Origin: Macrostomum lignano
Taxonomy: Eukaryota
Assembly: GCA_002269645.1 (NCBI GenBank)
Contig: NIVC01001137.1
Coordinates: 1 to 30,005, forward strand
Direction: 5' to 3'
DNA length: 30,005 nucleotides
Both the position numbers and the translations under genes were made by a program. The notes beneath the pieces were generated by a model, which worked only from the letters and a program-made list of their open reading frames with translations, was not told the origin of the DNA and did no database searches. Below are positions 1-11,864 of the stretch, in pieces. Numbering within the stretch: position 1 is the stretch's first letter; each line of letters opens with the position of its first letter.

Positions 1-115
1 TATGGGAAATTTAGAGTCTGCAGCAATTCATCTAGGGCAATTTAGAATCTGCGGAAATTCATCTAGGGGAATTTAGAATCTGTGGAAATTCATCTAGGGA
101 ATTTAGAATTTTGAG
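1..115. repeat. ~31-bp tandem repeat (GGGAATTTAGAATCTGCGGAAATTCATCTA-like), about 3.5 copies visible, in a caveolin intron
   Basis: Unit read directly; truncated by the window edge. Confidence 0.8.
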
Positions 116-191
116 AACTTTTTGTTGAAGGGTGCTAACCTTGCTAACATCAGTTTTATTAATAAAAAAATTAAAGAATTAAAGAACTCAC

Positions 192-269
192 CTTGAAGCT
201 GCAGGTCCACACATTGTCAAAGCTGAAGACAGTGGGATCCGGTTCAGCAATGATGTCTTCGAATTGCAC
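192..269 (-). CDS. cav: Caveolin shared exon, VQFEDIIAEPDPTVFSFDNVWTCSFK (signature motif plus start of the scaffolding domain); gene continues left of the window
   Basis: Manual reverse translation: acceptor ctcctcccag|GTG CAA TTC GAA GAC ATC ATT GCT GAA CCG ... TTC AAG|gtgagt donor; 78 nt, phase 0/0. FEDIIAEP matches the caveolin signature FEDVIAEP. Not in the ORF track. Confidence 0.95.
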
Positions 270-360
270 CTGGGAGGAGTAAAATTTTTTCAACAAAATT
301 GAAAGAAACAGTTTATAAAATCAAATAGTCAAAGTTGTGAAAGAAGGTTTAAAATGTCAC

Positions 361-510
361 CTTCAAGTGCTGATTGATTAAATCAGGGTCCCTATTGACC
401 AGGTCTATCACTACAGCTTCCTGATTTGCTGCCTTCTTAGGTTTCACTTCAACTTGCGATTGGGAAACACTCAGGCTCTCTAGCTCCAGCCCGAGGGCTG
501 TCTGTGACAT
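361..510 (-). CDS. cav: Caveolin N-terminal exon A (50 aa, MSQTALG...DLVNRDPDLINQHLK)
   Basis: DLVNRDP..N matches human CAV1 DLVNRDPKHLN. It ends AAG|gtgaca, phase 0, and a 91-nt intron (360..270) leads to the FEDIIAEP exon. The intron position equals the CAV1 K65/I66 junction. ATG at 510 is assumed. Confidence 0.9.
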
Positions 511-2554
511 CCTCAAACTCGTCTTCTTGCATTTCGTGAGCTGCGGCTTCTGTTTTGTTTTGTTGACAACAAGACTACCTAATGAGCCAACCACTGTTTG
601 ACCTCTAGGTCTTTTTAAACTGTTGAGGGTTGGGTTAGCTAAAAATTACGAGCTGTTTGACGAGAAGAGAGATTAGCTGTGTGCGTTTATTAGAAGATGC
701 GTATAGTCGAGTTCAAGACCTGAGACAAGGAGTCTAGTGCCAGAATCTGGACTGAAAACTCTTCACCTCACTGCCCGACAGCTGTATAGATAAGTTTTTT
801 TAATCAAATATACTAAAAATGAAAACTATATATATATTAGATACTAAAATCGAGTCTCAGTTGTTTAAAACTAAAAATTGATCAAGGTTAAAAAATTGAA
901 TAGGTTTTCAACGTCTAGTTCGACAGTGTATCGACTTAGGTATTTTGATAACAACTTCTGCCAGTAATAGCTCGTAGTCACTTGGTCATTAAACAGTGAA
1001 CTTTTACTCAAACACGAATAATTTATTAAGCTTTAAAATGAGGCTAAGTTTACAAAATTTGGTTTAATCAAATCGAAGTTATGATAAATTTAATAAAACA
1101 TGGCTATCAAACTACAAATCCAGGTTGCAGACTCTGGGCCTCCTTGTCTCAGCGCACACTCAGTTTTGCCTTCCTTCTTTTTTTCTATCTTAAAAGCTCT
1201 GCAAATGGATGGCAGACTGCTGAGTGCGAGAACACAGACAGTGGATAGGAGCTATAGAGTGGCTGCAGTGAGCATATACAAGTTCCAAGCACACTCGCCA
1301 TTATTGAATTAAGTTATATAGTTTTTGAGTAACAATGGTGATGGAGAGGCTGGCAGAAGTGTTACTACAAAACACTAACCCTTCCGAACCTGGGGCAATA
1401 TTATTATTATCTTTCGTTCTAGCAAATTTAGGTGCCCATATACGGAAAGGAATTTAGTTGTATCACAGTCGCAGCAGTTGTAGCAATTTTTTTAATTGAA
1501 ATTCTTACCGCAATGCAAGCAAAGTGCAAGAAGTGCAAGCGCACTAATTGCTGCTATCTATCTATGCTAATATATATGAGAATCCAGCTCGTGACTGCAG
1601 GCCAGAGTAAAGATGAGAGGAGAGAGGGGAGGGGAGTGGAGAGAGGAGAGAAGAAATCTGAGATCAAGATACATACAAAAACCTGAGCGGGCTGAATTGC
1701 CATTGTGAAGTGACAAAAGACCCGAGGGCCGGATGCCGGTGGCTGCTCTAAGGACTTCTTAGACAAAAGCAGACTGGAGCATTCAACGAATTTAGCAGTT
1801 TAATAAACGTTTTTGTCTACTCCAAGTAGTCAGTCAGCAATGATTTTCGTGCAGTCAGGCAACGGATTCAGCCAAAAGTTATTAAAAGTCTGTTCCCAAA
1901 AGAAGACAATCCATTTACTTCTTTCTTTTTTCAGGAAGCAGAGAAAGAAAGTTAGACATATCTTCTTTGCCGCCACTAACTAGCTAACAAACCTAAGTGA
2001 CATAGCTCTCAAGCAGAAAGGCTTCAGAAAGGAACGAGAGAGAGATATATCTGAAAAAGCAGACACGCAACAGAAGAGAAGAAGAAGCGAGTCAAAAGAG
2101 GCTCAGTCTAGAAGAAAATTGGATTTCAACTTCCGCCTCTTCTGATTGCTGCCCGCGGTTACTAAGGCAAATTCGTGGCCAATAATTGGATTGCAACTTG
2201 TCCTATATGATGTCACAAATTGCCTTGATTGTTATTTATTAGCAAAACTTTCGCCTAAAAGTAAGAACTAAGAGAAGTACATTTTTATCTAACCTAAAAA
2301 TAGATTCTCGGAGAAGCATCTGCAATATTTTCCTATCTTGTCAGCTGACCACGGACGGGTTGAGCAATTTCATGAATAATTAATGAGCTGGGAATTCTTG
2401 TGCACATTTTTATTAAACAATACACCATCACTCAAGCTCAATATTACAGATAATCTTGGCTCTGAATATCTGCAAACTTACCAAGTTAGTGACGAAATTT
2501 TTATTTTTTCGTTACTGACACTTTTACCTGACAACTAAGAAACTGATACTATCT

Positions 2555-2695
2555 GATACTTAATCAAGCTGACATCTCCTGACACTCAGTCTGACATCGC
2601 CTGACACCCAAACTGACATCTACTGATATTACGGAGCTGACACTTTCTGTTACTTAAAACTGACGCCTCCTGACACTTAATAACTGACACTAAAC
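2555..2695. repeat. Degenerate CTGACA-core short repeat
   Basis: CTGACA(T/C) recurs about every 10-20 bp; the core resembles the CTGACACTCA of the 5121 array. Confidence 0.55.
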
Positions 2696-2711
2696 TTAGA
2701 GATTACTAAGT

Positions 2712-2787
2712 TTTATAATTATTAATAATATTATAATATTATAATATTATTATAATAATATTTATAATAATATTATAATATTATTTT
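2712..2787. repeat. AT-only (TAA/TTA) low-complexity tract just downstream of the exon B donor
   Basis: Read directly. Confidence 0.8.
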
Positions 2788-2797
2788 AACTTCCAAC

Positions 2798-3175
2798 CTT
2801 GCAGTGGATGTTCAATGAGTTCGGATCTCTGGTCACGATGTCCATCTGCTCCTTGTAGTCTTTGTTCCTCTCCAGCGTCACCCGACGTCCAGCAACCTTC
2901 GGCGCCTTCGGGATTCGAATCGGAGGAATCCTGCCTGTCCGCTGCTTCTCCGTCCCCGGCTTGCCCTCTGAGCTGGCGGTTGCTTCATCAACTGACTGCT
3001 GCTGCTGCAGCTCAGACTCCGAGCCGGCAGTTCCAGCTGGCCCAATTATTTCACCTTCAGCTCGTAGGTAAGTCGAAGACTGGTCTGCCGGAGTTTCGGA
3101 CGACAACATGATGGCGCTCTCGCCGCCAGCATTCTGGCCAGCTTCTTGAGGCGGTGTCGATGGAGTCTGCGACAT
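2798..3175 (-). CDS. cav: Caveolin N-terminal exon B (126 aa, MSQTPSTPP...DIVTRDPNSLNIHCK); putative alternative first exon
   Basis: C-terminal 15 aa are homologous to the end of exon A. It ends AAG|gttgga (weak GT donor), phase 0, at the same homologous position, and starts MSQT like exon A. I saw no FEDxxAEP exon between it and exon A. Confidence 0.75.
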
Positions 3176-3179
3176 CACT

Positions 3180-3560
3180 GACCGCTGAGTAGAACGCAGC
3201 TAGTACCCAATCAACAGCTGGTTGCTGGTGGACTTTATCAAGGCCAGATACTGGGAGCGGGAAGCGAGGTGGAAACCCCGGCCTCGATGCCGATTGGCTG
3301 GACGAAAGGTCGAAGAAACTGCAGGTCACATGAGGCTCCTTCCCTGGCATTCCATTCCCAGTTGCCTCCTTCCCCAAGTCCCTAATGTAAAATTCGGTCC
3401 CGTCGCCTTCACTCCGGCCAAACAACCGAGCGCTGCTTCCTTCTTCCTCGCTCGATCGTCCTTATCGGGACCTAAACGCGTTACGCACCTCTCTCGCTCT
3501 CGCCCTCTCTCTCGGAATGGCGGGGCGAATTCACTCGCATGCAGAGTATTTGTTTTACTG
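3180..3560 (-). promoter_or_regulatory. Candidate GC/CpG-rich promoter for caveolin exon B
   Basis: CpG-rich relative to the AT-rich flanks; CCAAT box on the minus strand (GATTGG at ~3292) and GGGGCG at ~3522. Position-based inference only. Confidence 0.35.
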
Positions 3561-3744
3561 AATGAACCGAAATAGTGCCCGCCTGCTTGCCTGCCCACAG
3601 CTGCAGCAGACACAGCCTGTTCCCACTTGTAGTTGCATGCCGTGATGCACTTCAATGCCTATATGTGAAGTTTTGTTGTGCTGCACTTTCGTACTTTTAG
3701 TAGCTGTGTGCATACAATTAGCTTAACCATCTGGATGTGATTGA

Positions 3745-4535
<791 letters not shown>

Positions 4536-5120
4536 CAATTGCACAAAACTCTGTCGTTATCTTACTTTATAGAATAACGTACTGTAATTTCCTGCTGAGC
4601 AGTAAACTCCATGAACTTATGCATCAATGGATTATTGCATACTGAATCACCACTTCAGAGTAGGAAAACTCATTAAAAAGGCTTTTAACGTAGTCTTTTA
4701 AGACCAGACGAAAAGCAGGGCATGTTGTTAGTTGGACCTTCACATAAGCGCACTTTAAACCTTTTAGTTTAGTGACAAAACCATAAAGAAAATTTTCAGG
4801 TTGATTGCAGCGTGAGAGAGCGTGGGTTAGAGTGAGAGGGAGAAAACGGAGGGAGAGAATGGATTGTGAGAAGGAGAGAATGGAGGGTGAGAAGGAGAGA
4901 ATGGAGGGTAGGAGGGAGATATTGGTATGCATGAACACAAATTATGTAAGCTAAAACAAAATCTAAAGAATTGAAAGTAAAAATATTCATAAATAATTTA
5001 GAGAGACACAGTCAGATATATTGATTCACTAGTGAAATTGTACTGCGACTACGAAAATCAATTAATAGGACTGTAAAGTTCAAGTTATCAAGGAACCAAC
5101 CTGTCTGGAAGTAGAGAGAT

Positions 5121-5510
5121 TATTTTGGCGCCCTAACTGACACTCATTTTGGCGCCTAAGCTACTGACACTCATTTTGGCGCCCTAACTGACTCTCATTT
5201 TGGCGCCCCAACTGACACTCATTTTGGCGCCCTAACTGACACTCATTTTGGCGCCCCAACTGACACTCATTTTGGCGCCCCAACTGACACTCATTTTGGC
5301 GCCTAAGCTACTGACACTCATTTTGGCGCCTAAGCTACTGACACTCATTTTGGCGCCTACTACTGACACTCATTTTGGCGCCCCAACTGACACTCATTTT
5401 GGTGCCCCAACTGACACTCATTTTGGCGCCCCAACTGACACTCATTTTGGCGCCCTAACTGACACTTATTTGGCGCCACTACTGACACTTATTTTGGCGC
5501 CTTTACTGAT
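5121..5510. repeat. 21-24 bp minisatellite (ACTGACACTCATTTTGGCGCCCCA-like), roughly 16-17 copies
   Basis: Read directly. Confidence 0.95.
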
Positions 5511-5924
5511 TTAAAACAACGCATTGGTCCTATAGTCGAAAGGCTAGGAGAGTACTTTAGTGTCCTTTTGAATTTCTACTTGAAGCAGAGCGTGTGTTCT
5601 TTGCAGCAGCAGTCAGCAGGTTCCCCATCCATTTCACGGGCCAGATAAGAGAATCTTGGCGTACAGGGTTCGCAGCAGCCATACCCAAATGCAGTTTGGG
5701 CAAGCAAATTCATTTTGAAAGCTTTTCGCTGTCTGCAGGCAGGCGCGGTTTGCGAGAGGGAATTGCGGTGATAAAAATCTATTTAGGCAAAGTCAGGACA
5801 GAGGTGGGAACTGATATCACACATCGGAACTTTGGAAGGAAATCTGTACTAAGGGAAGGCAAAGGAACAGGATAGGGAGCTTTCTGACAGAGGGAGCGGA
5901 TGAGATAGTTGTGATTATGAAGGA

Positions 5925-6265
5925 AAGGAGAGAGAAAGAGAGGGAGACAGGAGGCACAGCGACAGGAGAGAGTGGGAGAGGAGACAAGAGATAGGAGACA
6001 TGGTAGATAGAGAGAGAAAAAGAGAGAGGGAAGAGAGGGAGAGAGATAGAGAGAGAGAAGAGAGAGAGGGAGAGAGGGAGAGAGAGAGGGAGAGAGGAGA
6101 GAGGGAGAGAGAGAGAGGGAGAGAGGGAGAGGGAGAGAGGGAGAGGGAGAGAGGGAGAGGGAGAGAAGGAGAGAGACAGAAAGAGGGAGAGAGGGAGAGG
6201 GAGAGAGGGAGAGTGAGAGAGGGAGGCAGGGAGAGGAGACATGGAGAGGAGACAGGGAGAGAGAA
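5925..6265. repeat. GA-rich (GAGAGG/GAGAGA) low-complexity tract
   Basis: Read directly. Confidence 0.9.
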
Positions 6266-6785
6266 TTCTTATTCATATTTATTGCTTCCTAACGAGTATT
6301 TGAAAAGTTCTATTTTTGTTTTGAATTTATCTTCCCAATAGCCTATACCAGACAGAAAACTCGCGAGATACTACTGTATCAAGTAGGAGAGCCAGTAGAT
6401 AAGCATAGCATTTTGCACAGCAAAGAATACCGGTATAAAGACAAGCAATAGGTTCTTGCTTAACGCTGTTTAAATACGAAGTATCTGAGCGAAAGAATTC
6501 CTAAACTCCACAAAGCTGGGGCCGTTCGTTTCTGTTGGTTCGGGGAGTTGGACGTTGTGATGACTAATCTCGAAAAGATGCCTAAAAACCCCAATTGGAC
6601 TTGGACCCAGGCTGCCCTTGGCTTAGATTATGTCTGAACTGGCAGAAATGGCCTGAACTGGCAGGGCTTGCAAGTCAAGTCGAAAAGCAAAACTGTTGAA
6701 AAAGTCAAACTGTGCATGTCTGCTGATTCGTATCGGATAGATTCGCTTGACTGATTAATAACATACTATATGGGAGGGGACTCAC

Positions 6786-7175
6786 GTTGACGTGGCAGTT
6801 AATCTGGTTCTTGTCCCGGTTCAGCAGGTCCATGTCGGTATTGTCTGTGAGCCAGCACGGCTTCCTTGCAGTTGAACTGCCTCCAGCGGCTGCAGACTCC
6901 GCAGCTTCAGCTTTGGCCTTGGCTTTGGCCTCCGCTTTGGCTTTTTTCTCCTCTTCTCTTTTGCGCTTCTTCTCCTCGGCTTCGCGTTTCTTTTGCTCAT
7001 CTTTTTCTTTCTTGGCCTTCTCTTTCTCTTCTTTCTCCTTCTTGGCGTCTTCGGTTGTTTCCGCTGATGTCGAGGGAGCCTGAGCTTCGGCTGCTGCGGT
7101 CTCTTCCGCTTTCGGTTGCTCAGTAGTCACCGTCTCTTTGGTCTCGGCAGTGGCGGCTGCTTGTTCGCCGGACAT
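6786..7175 (-). CDS. cav: Caveolin N-terminal exon C (130 aa, MSGEQAAAT...K/E-rich...DLLNRDKNQINCHVN); putative alternative first exon
   Basis: DLLNRD..IN.H is the caveolin pre-signature motif. It ends AAC|gtgagt (consensus donor), phase 0, at the homologous position. The upstream part of track ORF 6705..8108 is satellite/TE-derived and excluded. Confidence 0.8.
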
Positions 7176-7444
7176 TTTTTCGATTTTTCTGGATGTTGAA
7201 ACACTTCGATTTTGTTTAATAGGAGAAGCCGTGCGTATTGCCGCTTGTATGCAGGTCGGAGCTCCTCGCGTTATATATTTCCAATATGGCTGGCTGGGGG
7301 AATGGGGCAGCTTCAGAAGCAAGGGCCTGGCCAGGGAATACTCTACATATGGAAGTGACACTCCCCAATAGGGGGCGGACCAACCCGGGCCAACTTGTCC
7401 CCAAAACCCACCCAGATGAGAGTGGAAAGGTGGGGCAATGGGGG

Positions 7445-8060
7445 GAGAGAGAAGAATAAAGAGGAGATGAGACATCGATGAGAGGAGAAAAGAAAGGAGA
7501 GAAATGAGAGAGACAGAAGAGAAGATCGATGAGAGGAGAAAAGAAAGGATAGAAATAAGAGAGAGAAAAGAGAGAAGATCGATGGAAGGAGAAAAGAAAG
7601 GAGAGAAAAGACAGAAGATAAGAAAGGTGAGGAGAGGAAAGAATAGAGGAGATAATAAAGGTGAGGAGAGGAAAGAATAGAGGAGATAAGAAAGGTGAGG
7701 AGATGAAAGAATAGAGGAGATAAGAAAGGTGAGGAGATGAAAGAATAGAGGAGATAAGAAAGGTGAGGAGATGAAAGAATAGAGGAGATAAGAAAGGTGA
7801 GGAGTTGAAAGAATAGAGGAGATAAGAAAGGTGAGGAGATGAAAGAATAGAGGAGATAAGAAAGGTGAGGAGATGAAAGAATAGAGGAGATAAGAAAGGT
7901 GAGGAGATGAAAGAATAGAGGAGATAAGAAAGGTGAGGAGATGAAAGAATAGAGGAGATAAGAAAGGTGAGGAGATGAAAGAATAGAGGAGATAAGAAAG
8001 GTGAGGAGATGAAAGAATAGAGGAGATAAGAAAGGTGAGGAGAGGAGAGAGGAGAGGATA
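7445..8060. repeat. GA-rich satellite inside the transposon; 34-bp unit GAAAGAATAGAGGAGATAAGAAAGGTGAGGAGAT from ~7620 onward
   Basis: 34-bp period measured (7681 to 7715). Confidence 0.95.
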
Positions 8061-8254
8061 GAACTTAGAAGGGACAGCAACTTTGAGCGGGCCGAGCCGA
8101 ATTGCCATTGAAGTTTGCCATTGCCATTAATTGCCATTGATAGAGAGGCTTCGTGGACGGAGTTTGCCGGCCTCTGTTTTAAATTTCCAGTTGGGATTCC
8201 AGTGCTGGAAAGTTGTTCTCGCTGACCAGAAACTGGCGATACCCGTGACAGCGT

Positions 8255-8746
8255 TTACCAATGGACTTTGACAGATATCCTGCGATGTAAAACATGACAT
8301 TCAGGCTTTCTTTTCTGAGGATTCCTTACGTCGCAAGGCCAGGCAATGATATAAGAAATGGATATAAGCGACATCACTCTAGTCTTATTTTCAAACTGAA
8401 TAATCTCCTTCGAGCTGATGTAGTATGGGCCATCTGACATCTGTCGATACCTTTCGAATTGCCTCTCGATGGGATCCGAAAGAAACTTTTCGAGCAAAAC
8501 ATACTGAAAGTGCACCGTAGCAAATAGTCTTGAGCAAAGTTTCGGAATCGCAGAACACGTCTGAATGAATCTACCAAAGGTTTCATTCGTCAAGCAGTTC
8601 TTGCCTGCTGCAGCTGCACGCCAGTTTTGTAGAAATTCGGTGAAGAATGTTAGTAGGTGTTCAAGCTGCCAGAGTTCTCTTGTAATCGGCGGACATTCTG
8701 GCTTTTTTAGCTGCTGACCAGCGATAGGTGTTGGAACATTCAAAAT
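8255..8746 (-). pseudogene. C-terminal fragment of a P-like transposase
   Basis: ILNV...WQLEHL...W...LTNETF...FQYVLLEKFLSDPIERQFERYRQMSDGPYYIS resembles the P/THAP9 C-terminal motif (YVLLGKFQTDPLE.RFG.YRQ.SG.NY.IS, from memory). No ATG; joined directly to the THAP remnant, so the central catalytic region is deleted. Confidence 0.75.
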
Positions 8747-8891
8747 GCTGATGCAGATTTTTGTTCAGAATGGCATGTAGCATCTCTGCAGCAATGAAGT
8801 GTCCTTTGAAAAGGAATAAAAGCTAATTTTCTTCTCTGTCGGTGTCGCAATCGCATAGCCGGAACCCGGAATTGCAGTCAATAACACAGCA
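8739..8891 (-). pseudogene. Degenerate THAP zinc-finger remnant of a P-like transposase
   Basis: Across frameshifts it reads CCVIDCNSGF ... KISFYSFSKDTSLLQR(C) ... LHAI ... KIC..QHFE, matching the THAP pattern C-x4-C...F..FP.D...W...I...C..HF. Confidence 0.7.
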
Positions 8892-9598
8892 GGTAAATGG
8901 GATTTTTCGTTACTTGAAACTTTGTTGAAATTTATATAAGAATCACAACTGAAAGGACAGGGAAAAGGCAGATGTACGTGCATGGGTCATATCCAGAGCG
9001 CCCACTATTGTATACAGGATGTACATTTTATTTTTGTTGAGTCAGTGTTTTCCTCTCCAACATTATTTTTTCTCACTGTCCTCTCTGCCCCTGCTCTTCT
9101 GCTCCTTTCGAAATAAGGGAGTTGGGACCACAGACCAATAAGTATAAGGTCTGTGGTTGGGACAGAGTGGACAGTGTTTGAAACCCCCCCCCAAGCAAGA
9201 AGTAACGAAGCTTTTTTAAGTCATGCTATTTTTCGTTCGAAAAAACCTTGGCCTGGGTTGGTCCGCCCTGAGAAGCCTGAATCGGGGAGTGTCACTTCCA
9301 TATGTAGAGTATTCCCTGGCCTGGCTTTGGAGGGGTTGGTTGGCTTGTGTTGTTGGAGAAGCCACGATGGGGTCGGTGGGCCCAATGGTTGAATCATAAC
9401 CCATTTGCCCCAACCCCCCAACCACACCTCCGTGACCCGGCGGGAGCCCGTGACACACTACCCCCCTCCCCTCAGCTCCCTTTTATCTTAACAAGGAGAT
9501 CTTCAACAAAAATTAGGAAGTCGAGCGCGAAAGCAGACGAAAAGGCGAGTTTTCTGTGTAATTTGCAAGAATCTTAGAAAAAATAGTCTTCTATGGGT

Positions 9599-9793
9599 CC
9601 AGCACCAGGGGCGCCAGCACCAGGGGCGCCAGCACCAGGGGCGCCAGCACCAGGGGCTTTAGCACCAGGGGCTTTAGCACCAGGGGCTTTAGCACCAGGG
9701 GCTTCAGCACCAGGGGCTTCAGCACCAGGGGCTTCAGCACCAGGGGCGCCAGCACCAGGGGCTTCAGTACCAGGGGCGCCAGCACCAGGGGCG
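9599..9793. repeat. 15-bp minisatellite AGCACCAGGGGC(GCC/TTT/TTC), ~13 copies
   Basis: Read directly. Confidence 0.95.
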
Positions 9794-10151
9794 ACAGAAA
9801 AAATACAATTAAAGATTCTCATTGAGTCATCGAGTCAAGTATTTGTGATAGTAAAAGTTATTTTAAATTTTATTTTATTGGCAGCCAAATCCAGATTTCA
9901 GGTATATCCTAGGGTCTCCTTGATCTCCCTCGAGGTCCTCTGCAAGCCAAAACGCAGGGGCGCTGGAGAATCGATGACTCACTCGGTGAGTGGGGAAGGG
10001 GTCAGAACCCGAAACCCCATTTTTTGTTATCCCCTGTCCCCCCATTCTCCTACCTGCCTGACTTCGCTTCGCCATGCACAATATAGCTTTAGCCTGGTCT
10101 TTGTCTTAAGCATTGAGATGGCAAGCAAAAGAAGTCTGCTTCAACGCAATT

Positions 10152-11419
10152 TGACGCCACTGAAACCAGTTTGGCGCCGCTCAAACTAATTTGGCGCTAC
10201 TCAAACCAGTTTGGCGCCACTGAAACCAGTTTGGCGCCACTTAAACCACTCAAACCAGTTTGGCGCCACTCAAACCAGTTTGGCGCCACTCAAACCAGTT
10301 TGGTGCCACTCAAACCAGTTTGGCGCTTACTCAAACCAGTTTGGCGCTTACTCAAACCAGTTTGGCGCCACTCAAACCAGTTTGGCGCTTACTCAAACCA
10401 GTTTGGCGCCACTCAAACCAGTTTGGCGCTTACTCAAACCAGTTCGGCGCTAACTCAAACCAGTTTGGCGCCACTGAAACCAGTTTGGCGCCACTTAAAC
10501 CACTCAAACCAGTTTGGCGCCACTCAAACCAGTTTGGCGCCACTCAAACCAGTTTGGCGCTTACTCAAACCAGTTTGGCGCTTACTCAAACCAGTTTGGC
10601 GCTTACTCAAACCAGTTTGGTGCCACTCAAACCAGTTTGGCGCTTACTCAAACCAGTTTGGCGCCACTCAAACCAGTTTGGCGCTTACTCAAACCAGTTC
10701 GGCGCTAACTCAAACCAGTTTGGCGCCACTGAAACCAGTTTGGCGCTTACTCAAACCAGTTTTGCGCCATTGAAACCAGTTTGGCGCCACTGAAACCAGT
10801 TTGGCGCCACTCAAACCAGTTTGGCGCCACTGAAACCAGTTTGGTGCCACTCAAACCAGTTTGGCGCCACTCAAACCAGTTTGGCGCCACTCAAACCAGT
10901 TTGGCGCCACTCAAACCAGTTTGGCGCTATTGGTCATTAATTTCTGGTGTTAAAGATTTGCGAGCTCAAACCAGTTCGGCGCTAACTCAAACCAGTTTGG
11001 CGCCACTGAAACCAGTTTGGCGCCACTTAAACCACTCAAACCAGTTTGGCGCCACTCAAACCAGTTTGGCGCCACTCAAACCAGTTTGGCGCTTACTCAA
11101 ACCAGTTTGGCGCTTACTCAAACCAGTTTGGCGCTTACTCAAACCAGTTTGGTGCCACTCAAACCAGTTTGGCGCTTACTCAAACCAGTTTGGCGCCACT
11201 CAAACCAGTTTGGCGCTTACTCAAACCAGTTTGGCGCCACTGAAACCAGTTTGGCGCTTACTCAAACCAGTTTTGCGCCATTGAAACCAGTTTGGCGCCA
11301 CTGAAACCAGTTTGGCGCCACTCAAACCAGTTTGGCGCCACTGAAACCAGTTTGGCGCCACTCAAACCAGTTTGGCGCCACTCAAACCAGTTTGGCGCCA
11401 CTCAAACCAGTTTGGCGCT
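10152..11419 (+). repeat. 20/21-bp minisatellite CTCAAACCAGTTTGGCGCCA, ~60 copies, with higher-order structure
   Basis: Read directly; diagnostic variant CACTTAAACCACTC at 10238, 10492 and 11024. Confidence 0.97.
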
Positions 11420-11864
11420 ATTGGTCATTAATTTCTGGTGTTAAAGATTTGCGAGCTCCTTTATTTCTAGAGCAAGATATGTATTAATGGTTCAGAATAT
11501 CTGCAAGCATTTTTCGAAGAAAATCGATGAAGCATTTCTAACCCAGATTTGCATTCACCACTCCGCCGACCACCCGCCTCTCGGGCATTTACCCTCACGA
11601 AGCTGTTACGCAACATTGGCAATTTGCATTTTTTCCCCGGCCCTCTCCCGTCTCTCCTGTCATCTGCAATGGCCTCACCCGTGTTTAGCTCTGACCCTGA
11701 AGTGGAACGGGAAGTGGGATCAATTAGAGAGGAGATTTGGGAGTTTCGAGTGGCCTAGCGTGATTCACCGCGATTTTCTTCCATCTACAATAAATTTCCT
11801 GGCGTGCCGAATCAGGGTACTAAAATATAGTGTAATTAGTGTTTTTATATCTATCCTGGAAATC

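Larger units (their letters stand above)
7332..9318 (-). mobile_element. Non-autonomous P-superfamily (THAP9-like) DNA transposon, 1,987 bp
   Basis: Perfect 35-bp TIRs CAGGGAATACTCTACATATGGAAGTGACACTCCCC (7332..7366; reverse complement 9284..9318). 7-bp direct repeat GCCTGGC at 7325..7331 and 9319..9325. Subterminal inverted motif GGGCGGACCAACCC(G/A)GGCCAA. Internal THAP and transposase remnants. 5'-CA termini and a 7-8 bp TSD are P-superfamily hallmarks. Confidence 0.9.

Noticed and set aside
1912-1940. Strong plus-strand 3' splice-site-like sequence (TTTCTTTTTTCAG|G)
   Set aside because: No supporting ORF, donor or partner exon; cannot call an antisense gene.
7176-8137. Long N-terminal extension of ORF 6705..8108 and ORF 7343..8137
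   Set aside because: Non-ATG starts; they run through a CT-rich satellite and a transposon TIR. Only 7175..6786 looks coding.
9574-10189. APGA/PLVLK repeat ORFs resembling a collagen- or elastin-like protein
   Set aside because: A 15-bp DNA repeat open in several frames on both strands, with no splice or start context.
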